DNA of 43,531 nt from positions 1-43,531 of the IMG/VR virus record IMGVR_UViG_3300016474_000106; one strand, written 5' to 3'. Of this stretch, positions 1 through 9,069 are shown piece by piece (the first letter of the stretch is position 1; each line of letters begins with the position of its first letter). This DNA comes from a virus. Lineage: Duplodnaviria; Caudoviricetes. The notes beneath the pieces are model-generated. The model ran no database searches. It was given only the letters and a program-made list of their open reading frames with translations, and had not been told where the DNA came from. Position numbers and translations under genes: made by a program.

Positions 1-20
1 GCATCTGTGGGAGTTTAATT

Positions 21-1727
21 ATGGCGACAGCACTGGTTACACAAATAGCCTATGCTGTCCAGACTCTATTTGATCCTGCTGGGACTGCGGGCAGGCTAGT
101 AGATCTGGGCAAGCTGGCAAACTATGGATTGTTGACGAGTTTTACGCCCGCATATTTGTTCACCACTGGCGTCAACGGCACTTGGTACGATCCTAGCGAC
201 ACCACAACCCTTTACCGCGACGCCGCAGGTACCCAGCCCGTGACGGCAGTTGAGCAGCCCGTGGGCCTGATGCTGGATAAGAGCAAGGGGTTGGTGCTGG
301 GACCGGATATAAAGCCAGTTGTAGGAGGTTGGCAAGCCGAAGGAAGCACTGTCGCAGCAGGCTTAAATCCGACCACCATAATTTTTACATCGTCACCAGC
401 GGGGTCGGCATATCAAAGTAGCAATACTGCGCTTGTTCCGGTTAATAGTTATGTTGAAATTTCCTTTACAGTTTCCAACTATGTTTCCGGGTCTGTAATA
501 GCGCAATGTGGGTATTTGTACTATCCGCCCAAGGTAACGGCAAACGGTGTTTACACAAGCAGATGCCTATCTGGTGGCAATGGTGCGTTGTATGTATTTT
601 GTGGTACAGACACATCAGCTACTGTTACTATAAATAGTGTACGTATCATCCCCGGCAACCACGCCTTCAACAGCAGTGGCAACAGCGCGAACTTCCCGGT
701 GCTGTCGGCTAGGTATAACCTGTTGACGAAGACTGAGGATTTTAGTGATGCGGCGTGGGTGAAGCAGAGTGGGACCACGGTATCCTCGACAAAGGTTGCG
801 GCTCCTGATGGGACGCTATCCGCTTTTTCTGTGACAGGCAACGGTACTAGCGGTGTATATCAAATTGTTCCTGGCGCAGTCTCACTAGGGCAAACAGCGC
901 GTTCGGTTTACCTTAGAGTCCCTTCCGGCACGACTACAGTCGGGATAAAAGACCCGGTTATAACACAAGGGACAACAACTTGCAATTTAACCACAGACTG
1001 GCAAAGATTCACGCTATTTGAAACAACTGCCTCTGTTGGTGGAAACGCTGCAGGTATTTGGATATTTAATATCCCAATCACGGGAATTGAAATTGCTTGG
1101 CCAGACCTCCGCGTAGCCAACGACGCCCTGAACCAGCCAGCCTACCAGCGCGTCAACACCGCAACGGACTACGACACGGTGGGCTTCAAGCCGTATCTGC
1201 GCTTCAATGGTACGAACCAGTGGCTGCAAACCAGCTCGATTGACTTCACCTACACGGACAAGATGTTTGTTTGTGCTGGGGTTAGGAAGTTGAGTGATGC
1301 TGGAATCGGAATGGTCGCTGAGTTAGGGTCGGCCTATAACACGCCAGGAAGCTTTTATTTCGCAACACCAAGTTCTGGGTCAAATTTTGAATTCAGTTCT
1401 TACGGTAATGCTCAAATAAAGCGCGTCGTATCCACAAGCGCCGCTCCAAACACATTTATTGCGTCCGCATCCACTGATTTTTCTCAATCCGTTCCATCTA
1501 ACGCGCTCACAACGCGACTGAATGGTGCAAGTGCCACTGGCGCGTTTACAGGGTCGGCTACGTCTGGAACTTACGGAAACAACGTGCTGAATTTAGGCGC
1601 TCGCGCGGGCTCTTCGCTGTGGTTCAACGGTCGCTTGTACGGCATGGTCGTCGCAGGCAAGCAGGCGAGTGCTGCTGAGATCACATCGACCGAAACTTAT
1701 ATCAACCAGAAAACAGGAGCTTATTGA
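21..1727 (+). CDS. Virion spike/fibre protein with tandem beta-sandwich (CBM-like and ConA/LamG-like) domains
   Basis: 568 aa, T/S/G/N-rich; WYDPSD..TLY.D N-terminal motif, NLL..TEDFS.AAW motif, C-terminal LNLGAR..SSLWFNGRLYG typical of ConA/LamG-type phage modules. Confidence 0.6.
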   Translation: MATALVTQIAYAVQTLFDPAGTAGRLVDLGKLANYGLLTSFTPAYLFTTGVNGTWYDPSDTTTLYRDAAGTQPVTAVEQPVGLMLDKSKGLVLGPDIKPVVGGWQAEGSTVAAGLNPTTIIFTSSPAGSAYQSSNTALVPVNSYVEISFTVSNYVSGSVIAQCGYLYYPPKVTANGVYTSRCLSGGNGALYVFCGTDTSATVTINSVRIIPGNHAFNSSGNSANFPVLSARYNLLTKTEDFSDAAWVKQSGTTVSSTKVAAPDGTLSAFSVTGNGTSGVYQIVPGAVSLGQTARSVYLRVPSGTTTVGIKDPVITQGTTTCNLTTDWQRFTLFETTASVGGNAAGIWIFNIPITGIEIAWPDLRVANDALNQPAYQRVNTATDYDTVGFKPYLRFNGTNQWLQTSSIDFTYTDKMFVCAGVRKLSDAGIGMVAELGSAYNTPGSFYFATPSSGSNFEFSSYGNAQIKRVVSTSAAPNTFIASASTDFSQSVPSNALTTRLNGASATGAFTGSATSGTYGNNVLNLGARAGSSLWFNGRLYGMVVAGKQASAAEITSTETYINQKTGAY

Positions 1728-2002
1728 TGGCCTACACAAACGCCACCGTCATCATCGCAGCAGCCGACCAAGCCGCAGCACAAGTCGATTTCCCCGGCAG
1801 CTTCAACAGCGGCTTCTACGTCGCTGACGAAGGTGCTGACCCGACCGTCGCCACAAACTATGTATGCTCTGGCCTGTGGACTGATGCTGATCTGTCCAAG
1901 GTCGTCAACGACGTCACATGGCCGCGCAAGGTCTATTTCGGTGATGCTCAAACCGTATTAACAACTCTCAATCTACTTCCCATAACTACTCCTCTGGAAT
2001 AA
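1727..2002 (+). CDS. Hypothetical protein, probable partner of the upstream spike
   Basis: ATG overlaps upstream stop (TGATG), AGGAG RBS, same GC-rich codon style as the spike 3' end. Confidence 0.75.
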   Translation: MAYTNATVIIAAADQAAAQVDFPGSFNSGFYVADEGADPTVATNYVCSGLWTDADLSKVVNDVTWPRKVYFGDAQTVLTTLNLLPITTPLE

Positions 2003-2019
2003 ACAATAGGACTGCCAAC

Positions 2020-3489
2020 ATGTCAGAAACTACAGAGATTAGCGCCAGCGGCGCAGAAGCTGCAGAACTCACGCGCCAAGATCTAAACTTTCTTGGCATG
2101 TTGGCAGCTCCAGAAGAATTCACCTATAACTTTCCACTATTCTATATAACTCTCTTTGGAATGCTAACAGCATTCAAAGCAAAGATTGAGCGTTACGCCA
2201 TTGGTATTCCCCGAGGCTTTGCAAAGACTACATTCATCAAACTTCTTTGCCTATGGTACATACTCTTTTCCCATAAACAATTCATCCTTATCGTTGGTGC
2301 CTCAGAAGATCTAGCTGTCAACACACTGTCTGACATCTGTGATCTTCTAGCGGGTCCCAACATACGCAAACTATTTGGAAACTACCGTGCAAATATTGAA
2401 GTGGATACTCAGGCTCTTAAAGTCTTTAACTTTCGCGGTAGAGATATCATTCTACGTGCTATTGGTGCCGGCACTGCTGTTCGTGGTATTAACCGTAAAA
2501 ATAAGCGTCCAGATGTTATTATCATGGATGACATCCAGAAGCGCGAAACTTCTGAAAACAAAGACCTCAGTGACCAACTTCTGAAATGGATTCTTGGTAC
2601 TCTGATGAAAGCACGTTCCAATGATGGATGTACCTACATCTACGTTGGTAACATGTATCCGCAGAACTGCATTCTGGAAAAACTCAAGCACAATACCCAA
2701 TGGACCTCTTTCATTGTTGGTGGCATTCTTGCAGATGGCACATCTCTCTGGGAAGAACTGCGACCTATTGAAGAACTCCTCAGTGAATATCAGGCAGACT
2801 CAGAAATGGGGCATGCAGATATTTTCATTTCAGAGATTCTCAATAGTACTGACATTGCCTCTGCCAGTGGCATTGATATCTCCAAGATTCCAGTACTTCC
2901 ACCCTACTTTGAGGATGCAGATCCGGAAGGATCTTTCATTATCATTGACCCATCATCAGGAAAGAAACAAGGCGATGACTGCACTATTAACCATTATTCC
3001 GTTGTGGATGGGATTCCGATTTTTGATGAATTGGTGTCTGGAACCTTTAGCCCACTTGAGACAATCAAGCATGCTATTTCCTTGGGGCTTCAACATAACA
3101 CCAGACTGATTGCTGTTGAGGGTGTTGCATACCAAACCACGTTGCTTTTCTGGTTTGAGCAATACTGTGAACAAGAGGGCATCAGCGGCTTTGAGTTCGT
3201 AGAACTCAGTCCAAAAGGCCAAGCTAAAAACAACCGCATCAAGCGAGGACTTTTACAGCTTCTGCAGGGTGAAATATATCTTGGCCCGCATGTACGCTCT
3301 CGTGTTTTGAGTCAGATCGTGGATTGGAATCCACTAAAGATCAACAACACTGACGATATAATAGATCCAATAGGCTACGTATCTGAGATTCTTCGCAACT
3401 ATCCACATCTTGTTGTAAAGAATATCTACGACGTAGATGCAGAAGCAGTCAGTGCTTCTCACCATTCCAACTTAGCTCTACCCTTTTAA
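2020..3489 (+). CDS. terL: Terminase large subunit
   Basis: Walker A PRGFAKTT, Walker B IIMDD, C-motif YVGN, RNase H-like nuclease IIIDP...DD and C-terminal DDIID; immediately upstream of portal. Confidence 0.93.
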   Translation: MSETTEISASGAEAAELTRQDLNFLGMLAAPEEFTYNFPLFYITLFGMLTAFKAKIERYAIGIPRGFAKTTFIKLLCLWYILFSHKQFILIVGASEDLAVNTLSDICDLLAGPNIRKLFGNYRANIEVDTQALKVFNFRGRDIILRAIGAGTAVRGINRKNKRPDVIIMDDIQKRETSENKDLSDQLLKWILGTLMKARSNDGCTYIYVGNMYPQNCILEKLKHNTQWTSFIVGGILADGTSLWEELRPIEELLSEYQADSEMGHADIFISEILNSTDIASASGIDISKIPVLPPYFEDADPEGSFIIIDPSSGKKQGDDCTINHYSVVDGIPIFDELVSGTFSPLETIKHAISLGLQHNTRLIAVEGVAYQTTLLFWFEQYCEQEGISGFEFVELSPKGQAKNNRIKRGLLQLLQGEIYLGPHVRSRVLSQIVDWNPLKINNTDDIIDPIGYVSEILRNYPHLVVKNIYDVDAEAVSASHHSNLALPF

Positions 3490-3497
3490 GGACAAGC

Positions 3498-5423
3498 ATG
3501 GCTACTTCCAACATATCTATTGTCAACACGCTGAATCTGCAACAGCGGCGTGAGCTCCTCCATTATGCGCGAGATTGCGCAGATCGTACTGGAAGCTCTC
3601 TGTCAGACTTCCGTAGTCTGCTTCGTTACCGTGATAGGGCATATCAGCGTCAGCTGGACACCACCGATGAGCATATCAAAGCAGTGCGTGCCAACATGAG
3701 TGGTGATGCGCGCAAGCTGCAGAATATGACTGTGCCCATCGTGATGCCTCAGATTGAGTCCGCAGTGGCTTATCAAGCTGGCGTCTATTTGACAAGTCAT
3801 CCTATCTTTGGCGTTGTCAGCTATCCTGCAAACCAAGACAAGGCAATGCAGTTTGAGACTGCACTCGGCGATCAGTCTATTCGCTATGGTTGGCCTCGTG
3901 AACTTCTCAAGGTTTTCCGCGATGGCTTCAAATACAACTTTGGTGCCGCAGTGGTCCAGTGGAAAAAGACTCCTCTGAAATCCATAGTCACTGATACCAA
4001 TATTAGCAAGGCAGGACTTGCTGCAATCCGTGAGTACAGCTACGGTGGCAACTACATTAAGCGAGTTGATCCGTACAACTGCTTCATGGATATGACAGTT
4101 GCTCCGGCTGATCTGCACGCAGAAGGAGAGTATTTTGGATGGAACGAAATTATATCTCGTGTCCAGCTCAAACGCCTATTCTCAATGCTGGACGCACAAA
4201 AGACTACCAGTGCAGCAGAGGCATTCGCTAGTAGCTTTGCAGGAAGTGGACAGGACGAAACCAGTGCAATGTCCTACTACACTCCAGAGATTAACAAATA
4301 TCTTAATCTATCCAGTACCAATTACGGTGGCCAGAACTGGGGCCAGTGGATGGGGTTGCCTGGAAGCAATACACAAAAGCTATCCTACAAAGACAATTAT
4401 GTCCTGACACACTTCTACTGTCGCGCATTGCCTTCTGACTTTGGCGCCCGTGGAAATCACGTTAAGATCTATCACGCAATCATCATCAATTGGTCAGAGG
4501 TGATCTTTGCAGAAGAACTTAATGTAGGCTACGATACGCTGCCGTGTTTCATCATGCAGCCGTATGAAGATGGTCTTGGCTATCAGACGCAATCCATGCT
4601 TGACAATGCGTTGCCATTCCAAGATATGTCCAGTGCTCTGTGGAACATCTCTCTGGAATCTAAGCGACGCCTGATCTTTGATCGCTTGATTTACAATCCG
4701 CGACTCATTGACAAGAAGGATATTGATCCTGTTAGCAGCGTATCTCGTATTCCCCTGCGAAATGCATCCATTGCCAAAGATGGCAATCCTATGGCCGCAG
4801 CAGTTTACCAGATCCCGTATCGAGAAGATAACTCAGGCACCAACATTCAAATGTCTGAGATGATTTCCGCTATGGCTGACCAAGCAACTGGACAGAATAA
4901 GGTAGATCGGGGACAATTCCAGAAGGGCAATAAGACCAAGACGGAGTTCCAAGAGACTATGTCCAATAGCAACAGTCGCCAACAGTTGGCATCTCTGTGT
5001 ATTGAGCATCAGTTCATGACGCCGCTGAAGGAAGTCATCAAATCCAATACGCTGCAATATCAGACTGCTGGTAAGATTCTCAATAGAGAGCTGCGGCAAG
5101 AAGTTGAAGTTGATCCTGTTGCACTGCGGCAAGCTATTCTGGAGTTCAAACTCACAGATGGCCAATTGCCAGCAGAGAAGATGCTCAACAGTGAATTGTT
5201 GACTGTGTTCATGCAAACTGCTCAGGCAATTCCGTCGATTCAAACTGAGTATGACGTACTGTCTATGTTCACTTACTGGGCGCGTCTACGAGGTGCGTAC
5301 TGGCTAGATGATTTTAAACGCAATCCGCAAGCTCAGCAGCAAGCACTGCAAACTATGGCAGCCACTTCAATGGCGCAGAATGCTCAACAGCCTGAGCAAG
5401 CTGCAATGCAGCCTGGAACTTAA
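3498..5423 (+). CDS. Portal protein
   Basis: 641 aa after TerL; RVDPYN.F.D motif, late ATG....G...KTKTE motif and Gln-rich C-terminal tail as in podoviral portals. Confidence 0.85.
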   Translation: MATSNISIVNTLNLQQRRELLHYARDCADRTGSSLSDFRSLLRYRDRAYQRQLDTTDEHIKAVRANMSGDARKLQNMTVPIVMPQIESAVAYQAGVYLTSHPIFGVVSYPANQDKAMQFETALGDQSIRYGWPRELLKVFRDGFKYNFGAAVVQWKKTPLKSIVTDTNISKAGLAAIREYSYGGNYIKRVDPYNCFMDMTVAPADLHAEGEYFGWNEIISRVQLKRLFSMLDAQKTTSAAEAFASSFAGSGQDETSAMSYYTPEINKYLNLSSTNYGGQNWGQWMGLPGSNTQKLSYKDNYVLTHFYCRALPSDFGARGNHVKIYHAIIINWSEVIFAEELNVGYDTLPCFIMQPYEDGLGYQTQSMLDNALPFQDMSSALWNISLESKRRLIFDRLIYNPRLIDKKDIDPVSSVSRIPLRNASIAKDGNPMAAAVYQIPYREDNSGTNIQMSEMISAMADQATGQNKVDRGQFQKGNKTKTEFQETMSNSNSRQQLASLCIEHQFMTPLKEVIKSNTLQYQTAGKILNRELRQEVEVDPVALRQAILEFKLTDGQLPAEKMLNSELLTVFMQTAQAIPSIQTEYDVLSMFTYWARLRGAYWLDDFKRNPQAQQQALQTMAATSMAQNAQQPEQAAMQPGT

Positions 5424-5425
5424 TT

Positions 5426-5725
5426 ATGCACAGCATCCTCCAAGACACTGCCAGCCAATTCATGCGTTTCAATCTCTCTCCAGAGGATGAAAAGCTGGCA
5501 ACCAAAGTTTCTCCATTGTTCCTAGCCTACCTTCAAAACAAAATTGAAGCGTATGCCAGTGCACTGGTAGAAAAGCAGTTACCATACAGTCCTAATCCAG
5601 CGGAACAGGTAACTGCAATCATCGCTCATGAAAGACTCCGTAATTTTGTGGAAGCGTATACGGAACTTCTTCATGAGTTACTCCAAGCTGCTCAAGATGA
5701 GCAAACCAACGCGCATAGCGCATAA
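5426..5725 (+). CDS. Hypothetical helical head-module protein
   Basis: 99 aa ORF tightly packed after portal. Confidence 0.75.
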   Translation: MHSILQDTASQFMRFNLSPEDEKLATKVSPLFLAYLQNKIEAYASALVEKQLPYSPNPAEQVTAIIAHERLRNFVEAYTELLHELLQAAQDEQTNAHSA

Positions 5726-5743
5726 GCAACTGAGGTAAATAGT

Positions 5744-5968
5744 ATGGATAACCAACATCGCCAAATCAAAGGCTATCGTGAACTGTCGCAAACGGAGATT
5801 GATCTTATGAATAAGATTAAATCAAAAGGTGTAGAGCTTGGCGAACTGGTAGCTGAGCTGCGCGCCACAGGAGGCCTAGACCAGCGCTGGATTAGTATCG
5901 GAGCTACTGACTTTCAGACTGGCTTGATGGCACTTACTCGTGGTGTTGCACAGCCTACTTCCTTCTAA
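5744..5968 (+). CDS. acb2: Anti-CBASS protein Acb2 homologue (cyclic oligonucleotide sponge)
   Basis: MDNQHRQIKGYRELSQ.EID.MN..K N-terminus and RW..IG.TD.QTG.MA..R..AQP.SF C-terminus match, from memory, Pseudomonas phage PaMx Acb2; Y11 and K26 conserved at the same positions; GAGG RBS. Confidence 0.9.
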   Translation: MDNQHRQIKGYRELSQTEIDLMNKIKSKGVELGELVAELRATGGLDQRWISIGATDFQTGLMALTRGVAQPTSF

Positions 5969-5992
5969 TTTATTTCCAAATAGGGTACAATC

Positions 5993-6760
5993 ATGGCATT
6001 TCTTCCTGGCATCTTTGGCAATAAGCAACAAACTGCTGCTCCCGCTCCTGCTCCCGTAACTCCGGCCGCTGCCGCAGGTGGTGGTGCAGGTCCTGCAACT
6101 CAGCAAGCTACTCCGGCAAATCCTGGAGCTGAACCCGGCGCTATGCTGAATACTCCTGCAACTGCTGCTGCTGGCGGTCCGCAGAATCCGATGGATGCTT
6201 TCGCTGATATGTTCAAGCCGAAAGCTCCAGCACCTAATGCTCCCAAGGTGCCTACTTTGGCAGACCCTATTCTCGGCCAGCTTGATCCAGCTGCTTTCAA
6301 GCAGCAAGTCTCTCAGGCCAACTTTGCTGCTGCAATTCCGCAAGAGACTATGCAGAAAGCAATCAGTGGCGATCCGCAAGCATTTGCAGAGGCAATCAAT
6401 ACTGCTGCCCGTGAAGCATTTGCTGCAGCTGCACAACTTTCGCATGGTCTTGTTGAACACGGTGCACGCACTGCCGCAGAACGTGTGAATAGTTCGCTGG
6501 ATTCGCGTATCCGCAACTTTCAGATCAAGAGTCAAAATACTAGTCATGAAGCACTTGCCCATCCTGCTGTGGCTCCCATGCTGAATGCAGTGAAGATGCA
6601 GATTGCCCAATCCAATCCACAACTTACGCCGGAAGCGGTGCAACGACAAGCCGAACAGTACTTCACGCAAATGGCTGATGTACTCGTGGCTCCCAAACAA
6701 CAAGCAGCTGCCGCTGCTGCCAAACCTTCTCAGAACGATTTCTCTTACCTGCTCGATTAA
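5993..6760 (+). CDS. Capsid scaffolding protein
   Basis: 255 aa, Ala/Pro/Gln-rich disordered N-terminus and helical C-terminus, directly upstream of MCP. Confidence 0.7.
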   Translation: MAFLPGIFGNKQQTAAPAPAPVTPAAAAGGGAGPATQQATPANPGAEPGAMLNTPATAAAGGPQNPMDAFADMFKPKAPAPNAPKVPTLADPILGQLDPAAFKQQVSQANFAAAIPQETMQKAISGDPQAFAEAINTAAREAFAAAAQLSHGLVEHGARTAAERVNSSLDSRIRNFQIKSQNTSHEALAHPAVAPMLNAVKMQIAQSNPQLTPEAVQRQAEQYFTQMADVLVAPKQQAAAAAAKPSQNDFSYLLD

Positions 6761-6785
6761 CTGAGCACAATTTAAAGGATTTATC

Positions 6786-7988
6786 ATGGCCGTTGGTCTG
6801 CTTACCTCTGCTTCTGCCCCGCAGAACCTTAATGCAATCTCGTTCGCTCAAGCTATTACTCGCCTGATGCCGAATGGTACTGCTCCTCTGTTTGGTCTTA
6901 CCAGCCTGCTGAAAGACGAAACTGCCAGCAACATTGAACATGGTTACTTCACCAAGACCATGATCTTCCCCAGCGTCACTCTGACTGCTGCTGTTGCTGA
7001 TGGTGCTGCCACCACCTTCACTGTTGGCTCCACCTCTGACATTGTTCCTGGCGATCTGCTGATGGCAGAAAGCACTCAGGAAATTGTGCAGGTTCTGACT
7101 GTTCCTAACAGCACGTCGATCACTGTCACTCGCGCTGTTGGTTCTGTTACCGCTGCTGCTATTGCCAACGGCGTATCGCTGCGCACTGTTGGCAACGCCT
7201 TCGAAGAAGGCTCTGTCCGTCCGAGCGCTGTTAGCATCATTGCTACTCGTTACGTCAACAACACTCAGATCTTCCGTAACAGCTGGGCTGTCACCAAGAC
7301 CGCTGCTGCTATTCCGCAGATCGCAGGTGCTGGCTACGTCAGCGAAAGCAAACAAGATTGTGCTGCTCTGCACGCAATGGCTATTGAGAAGGCTCTGTTC
7401 TTCGGTCAGAAGTTCATGGGCACCAAGAATGGTCAACCTTTCCACACGATGGAGGGCATTGTTCGCCGCGTGACTGATGCTGCTCCTGGCAACATTACCA
7501 CTCTGGGCGCTACTACCAACTGGACTCAGCTAGAAGCTGCTCTTGATCCGACGCTGCAAACTGTTACTGACCCGAAGGGTGGCAACATTCGCACCATGTT
7601 TGTTGGTGGTACTGCTCGTCGTGTTCTGCACAACATTGCACGACTGAACTCCAGCTACCAGATCACTACTGCTGAGACTGCCTGGGGCCTGCAGATTGAT
7701 ACCATCAAAGCACCGCGCGGTACTTTCGAGATCATCGAGCACCCGCTGTTCAACGCTTATGGCGCTTCGAGTGCCTGGGCTAAGATGGCAGTCATCTGTG
7801 ATCTGAATGCCTTCAGCATGGCTTATCTGCGTAAGACCAGTGATGCTGCGTACAACAGCTCTGGTGCGCTGGTTGACAATGGTGTTGATGCTGAAGGTGG
7901 CACGCTGACTACTGAGCTGACTTGCACGATCAAGAACCCTGCAGCTTTCGGTATCATCTACAACTTTACCGCCGCCGCCGCAGGCTGA
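6786..7988 (+). CDS. Major capsid protein (SU10/DUF5309-like HK97 fold)
   Basis: 400 aa, strongly biased codons, N.TQIFR and IEKALFFG...TMEGI motifs, AAGGA RBS, followed by a terminator. Confidence 0.88.
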   Translation: MAVGLLTSASAPQNLNAISFAQAITRLMPNGTAPLFGLTSLLKDETASNIEHGYFTKTMIFPSVTLTAAVADGAATTFTVGSTSDIVPGDLLMAESTQEIVQVLTVPNSTSITVTRAVGSVTAAAIANGVSLRTVGNAFEEGSVRPSAVSIIATRYVNNTQIFRNSWAVTKTAAAIPQIAGAGYVSESKQDCAALHAMAIEKALFFGQKFMGTKNGQPFHTMEGIVRRVTDAAPGNITTLGATTNWTQLEAALDPTLQTVTDPKGGNIRTMFVGGTARRVLHNIARLNSSYQITTAETAWGLQIDTIKAPRGTFEIIEHPLFNAYGASSAWAKMAVICDLNAFSMAYLRKTSDAAYNSSGALVDNGVDAEGGTLTTELTCTIKNPAAFGIIYNFTAAAAG

Positions 7989-8032
7989 TTTGTTGGGGGA
8001 TGTGCGCTGCGGGAAGGTAGCGTACTTTGTAC

Positions 8033-8066
8033 AGAGGGCCAGACACCAATCTGGCTCTCTTTTTTT
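8033..8066 (+). terminator. Intrinsic terminator after MCP
   Basis: GAGGGCCAGA-caccaa-TCTGGCTCTC stem (one G.U) followed by T7. Confidence 0.8.
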
Positions 8067-8092
8067 AATTTGCAAAAACTGAGGTAAATCAA

Positions 8093-8437
8093 ATGGCAAC
8101 TGGAATGGTATCGTCTGCACATGCTCTGCAAAACACTGCACCTGTGCTTCGTGTGGGCGAACGCTTGGCATCTAGTCCTCGCGCGCTCGCAGATAAGAAC
8201 TCTCGCACCTATCATCACATGGTTCCTGGTGCGCGCTTCGTCATGCCTGATGGCCTTGAAGTCGTATTTCTTGGTGGGCAATTTGTGACCAATGATCCTG
8301 AAATCATTGCAGAGCTTGACAAAGTCTCTAACAAGTCATCTAGTATGATCTACACCGCGGCAGAAGTTGTTGAATCTGTCAAGGCAAACGCAAACAAACT
8401 GGCAGCTGATGCTGCTGACACCGCCGGTAAGGCATAA
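8093..8437 (+). CDS. Hypothetical virion-associated protein
   Basis: 114 aa, GAGG RBS, F..G.F.T.D..II..L motif often seen downstream of MCP genes. Confidence 0.7.
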   Translation: MATGMVSSAHALQNTAPVLRVGERLASSPRALADKNSRTYHHMVPGARFVMPDGLEVVFLGGQFVTNDPEIIAELDKVSNKSSSMIYTAAEVVESVKANANKLAADAADTAGKA

Positions 8438-8457
8438 CTATTTAGTGGTGAGCACGC

Positions 8458-9060
8458 ATGACTACTTTTGCCGAACTAGAATCACTCGTTGTTGAGCAAA
8501 CTCGGCGCCCCGAGATTCCAGCTGTTACTCAAGCTGCAATCCGTACGGCTACTATGCGTGCTCACCACACCGATTTCTTTCCTAAAGATGTAGCAGTAGG
8601 CACTATTACATATGCGCCTAACTCTGCAGTTTTCAGGGATTTCACTGATGTGAGTAGCACGCTGACGCGGCTGCGATCTATTAAATCGCTGCAAGGCCTA
8701 GAAGCTGTAAGCATGGCGCCTGTGGAATCTTTTGAATACCGTGAACTTGATGATGTATATGATGCTGACGGCAATAGGCGCCCAAGCATTTATAACATCA
8801 TTGGGGACACTCTGCGTATTTATCCGCAGACTCAAACTGGACTTCTTCAAGTCTACTATTATCAGAATCCCTCTGTCACAGAGGGCAGTTATTATAGCTG
8901 GATTGCAGACATGTATCCAGATGAATTGGCCTCCTGGGCCGCAGCAATAGTATTTGCGCGTACAGGATTTGCCGAGATGGCACAAGAATTTCAACGAAAT
9001 CACATTGTACCGTTCAAGGAGATGTTGATTTCTTCTCATTTGCTTGGTAATACCAACTAA
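8458..9060 (+). CDS. Head-tail adaptor / tail tubular protein A-like
   Basis: 200 aa; MTTFAEL start, P..Y.I.G..LRIYP motif; position after MCP. Confidence 0.7.
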   Translation: MTTFAELESLVVEQTRRPEIPAVTQAAIRTATMRAHHTDFFPKDVAVGTITYAPNSAVFRDFTDVSSTLTRLRSIKSLQGLEAVSMAPVESFEYRELDDVYDADGNRRPSIYNIIGDTLRIYPQTQTGLLQVYYYQNPSVTEGSYYSWIADMYPDELASWAAAIVFARTGFAEMAQEFQRNHIVPFKEMLISSHLLGNTN

Positions 9061-9069
9061 GGAATAGCT

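Noticed and set aside
21-1727. Possible diversity-generating retroelement target
   Set aside because: No reverse transcriptase and no template/variable repeat pair differing at adenines seen
5876-8171. Long antisense ORFs (303, 260, 213 aa) opposite scaffold and MCP
   Set aside because: Shadow ORFs expected from strong sense codon bias; no RBS or recognisable motifs
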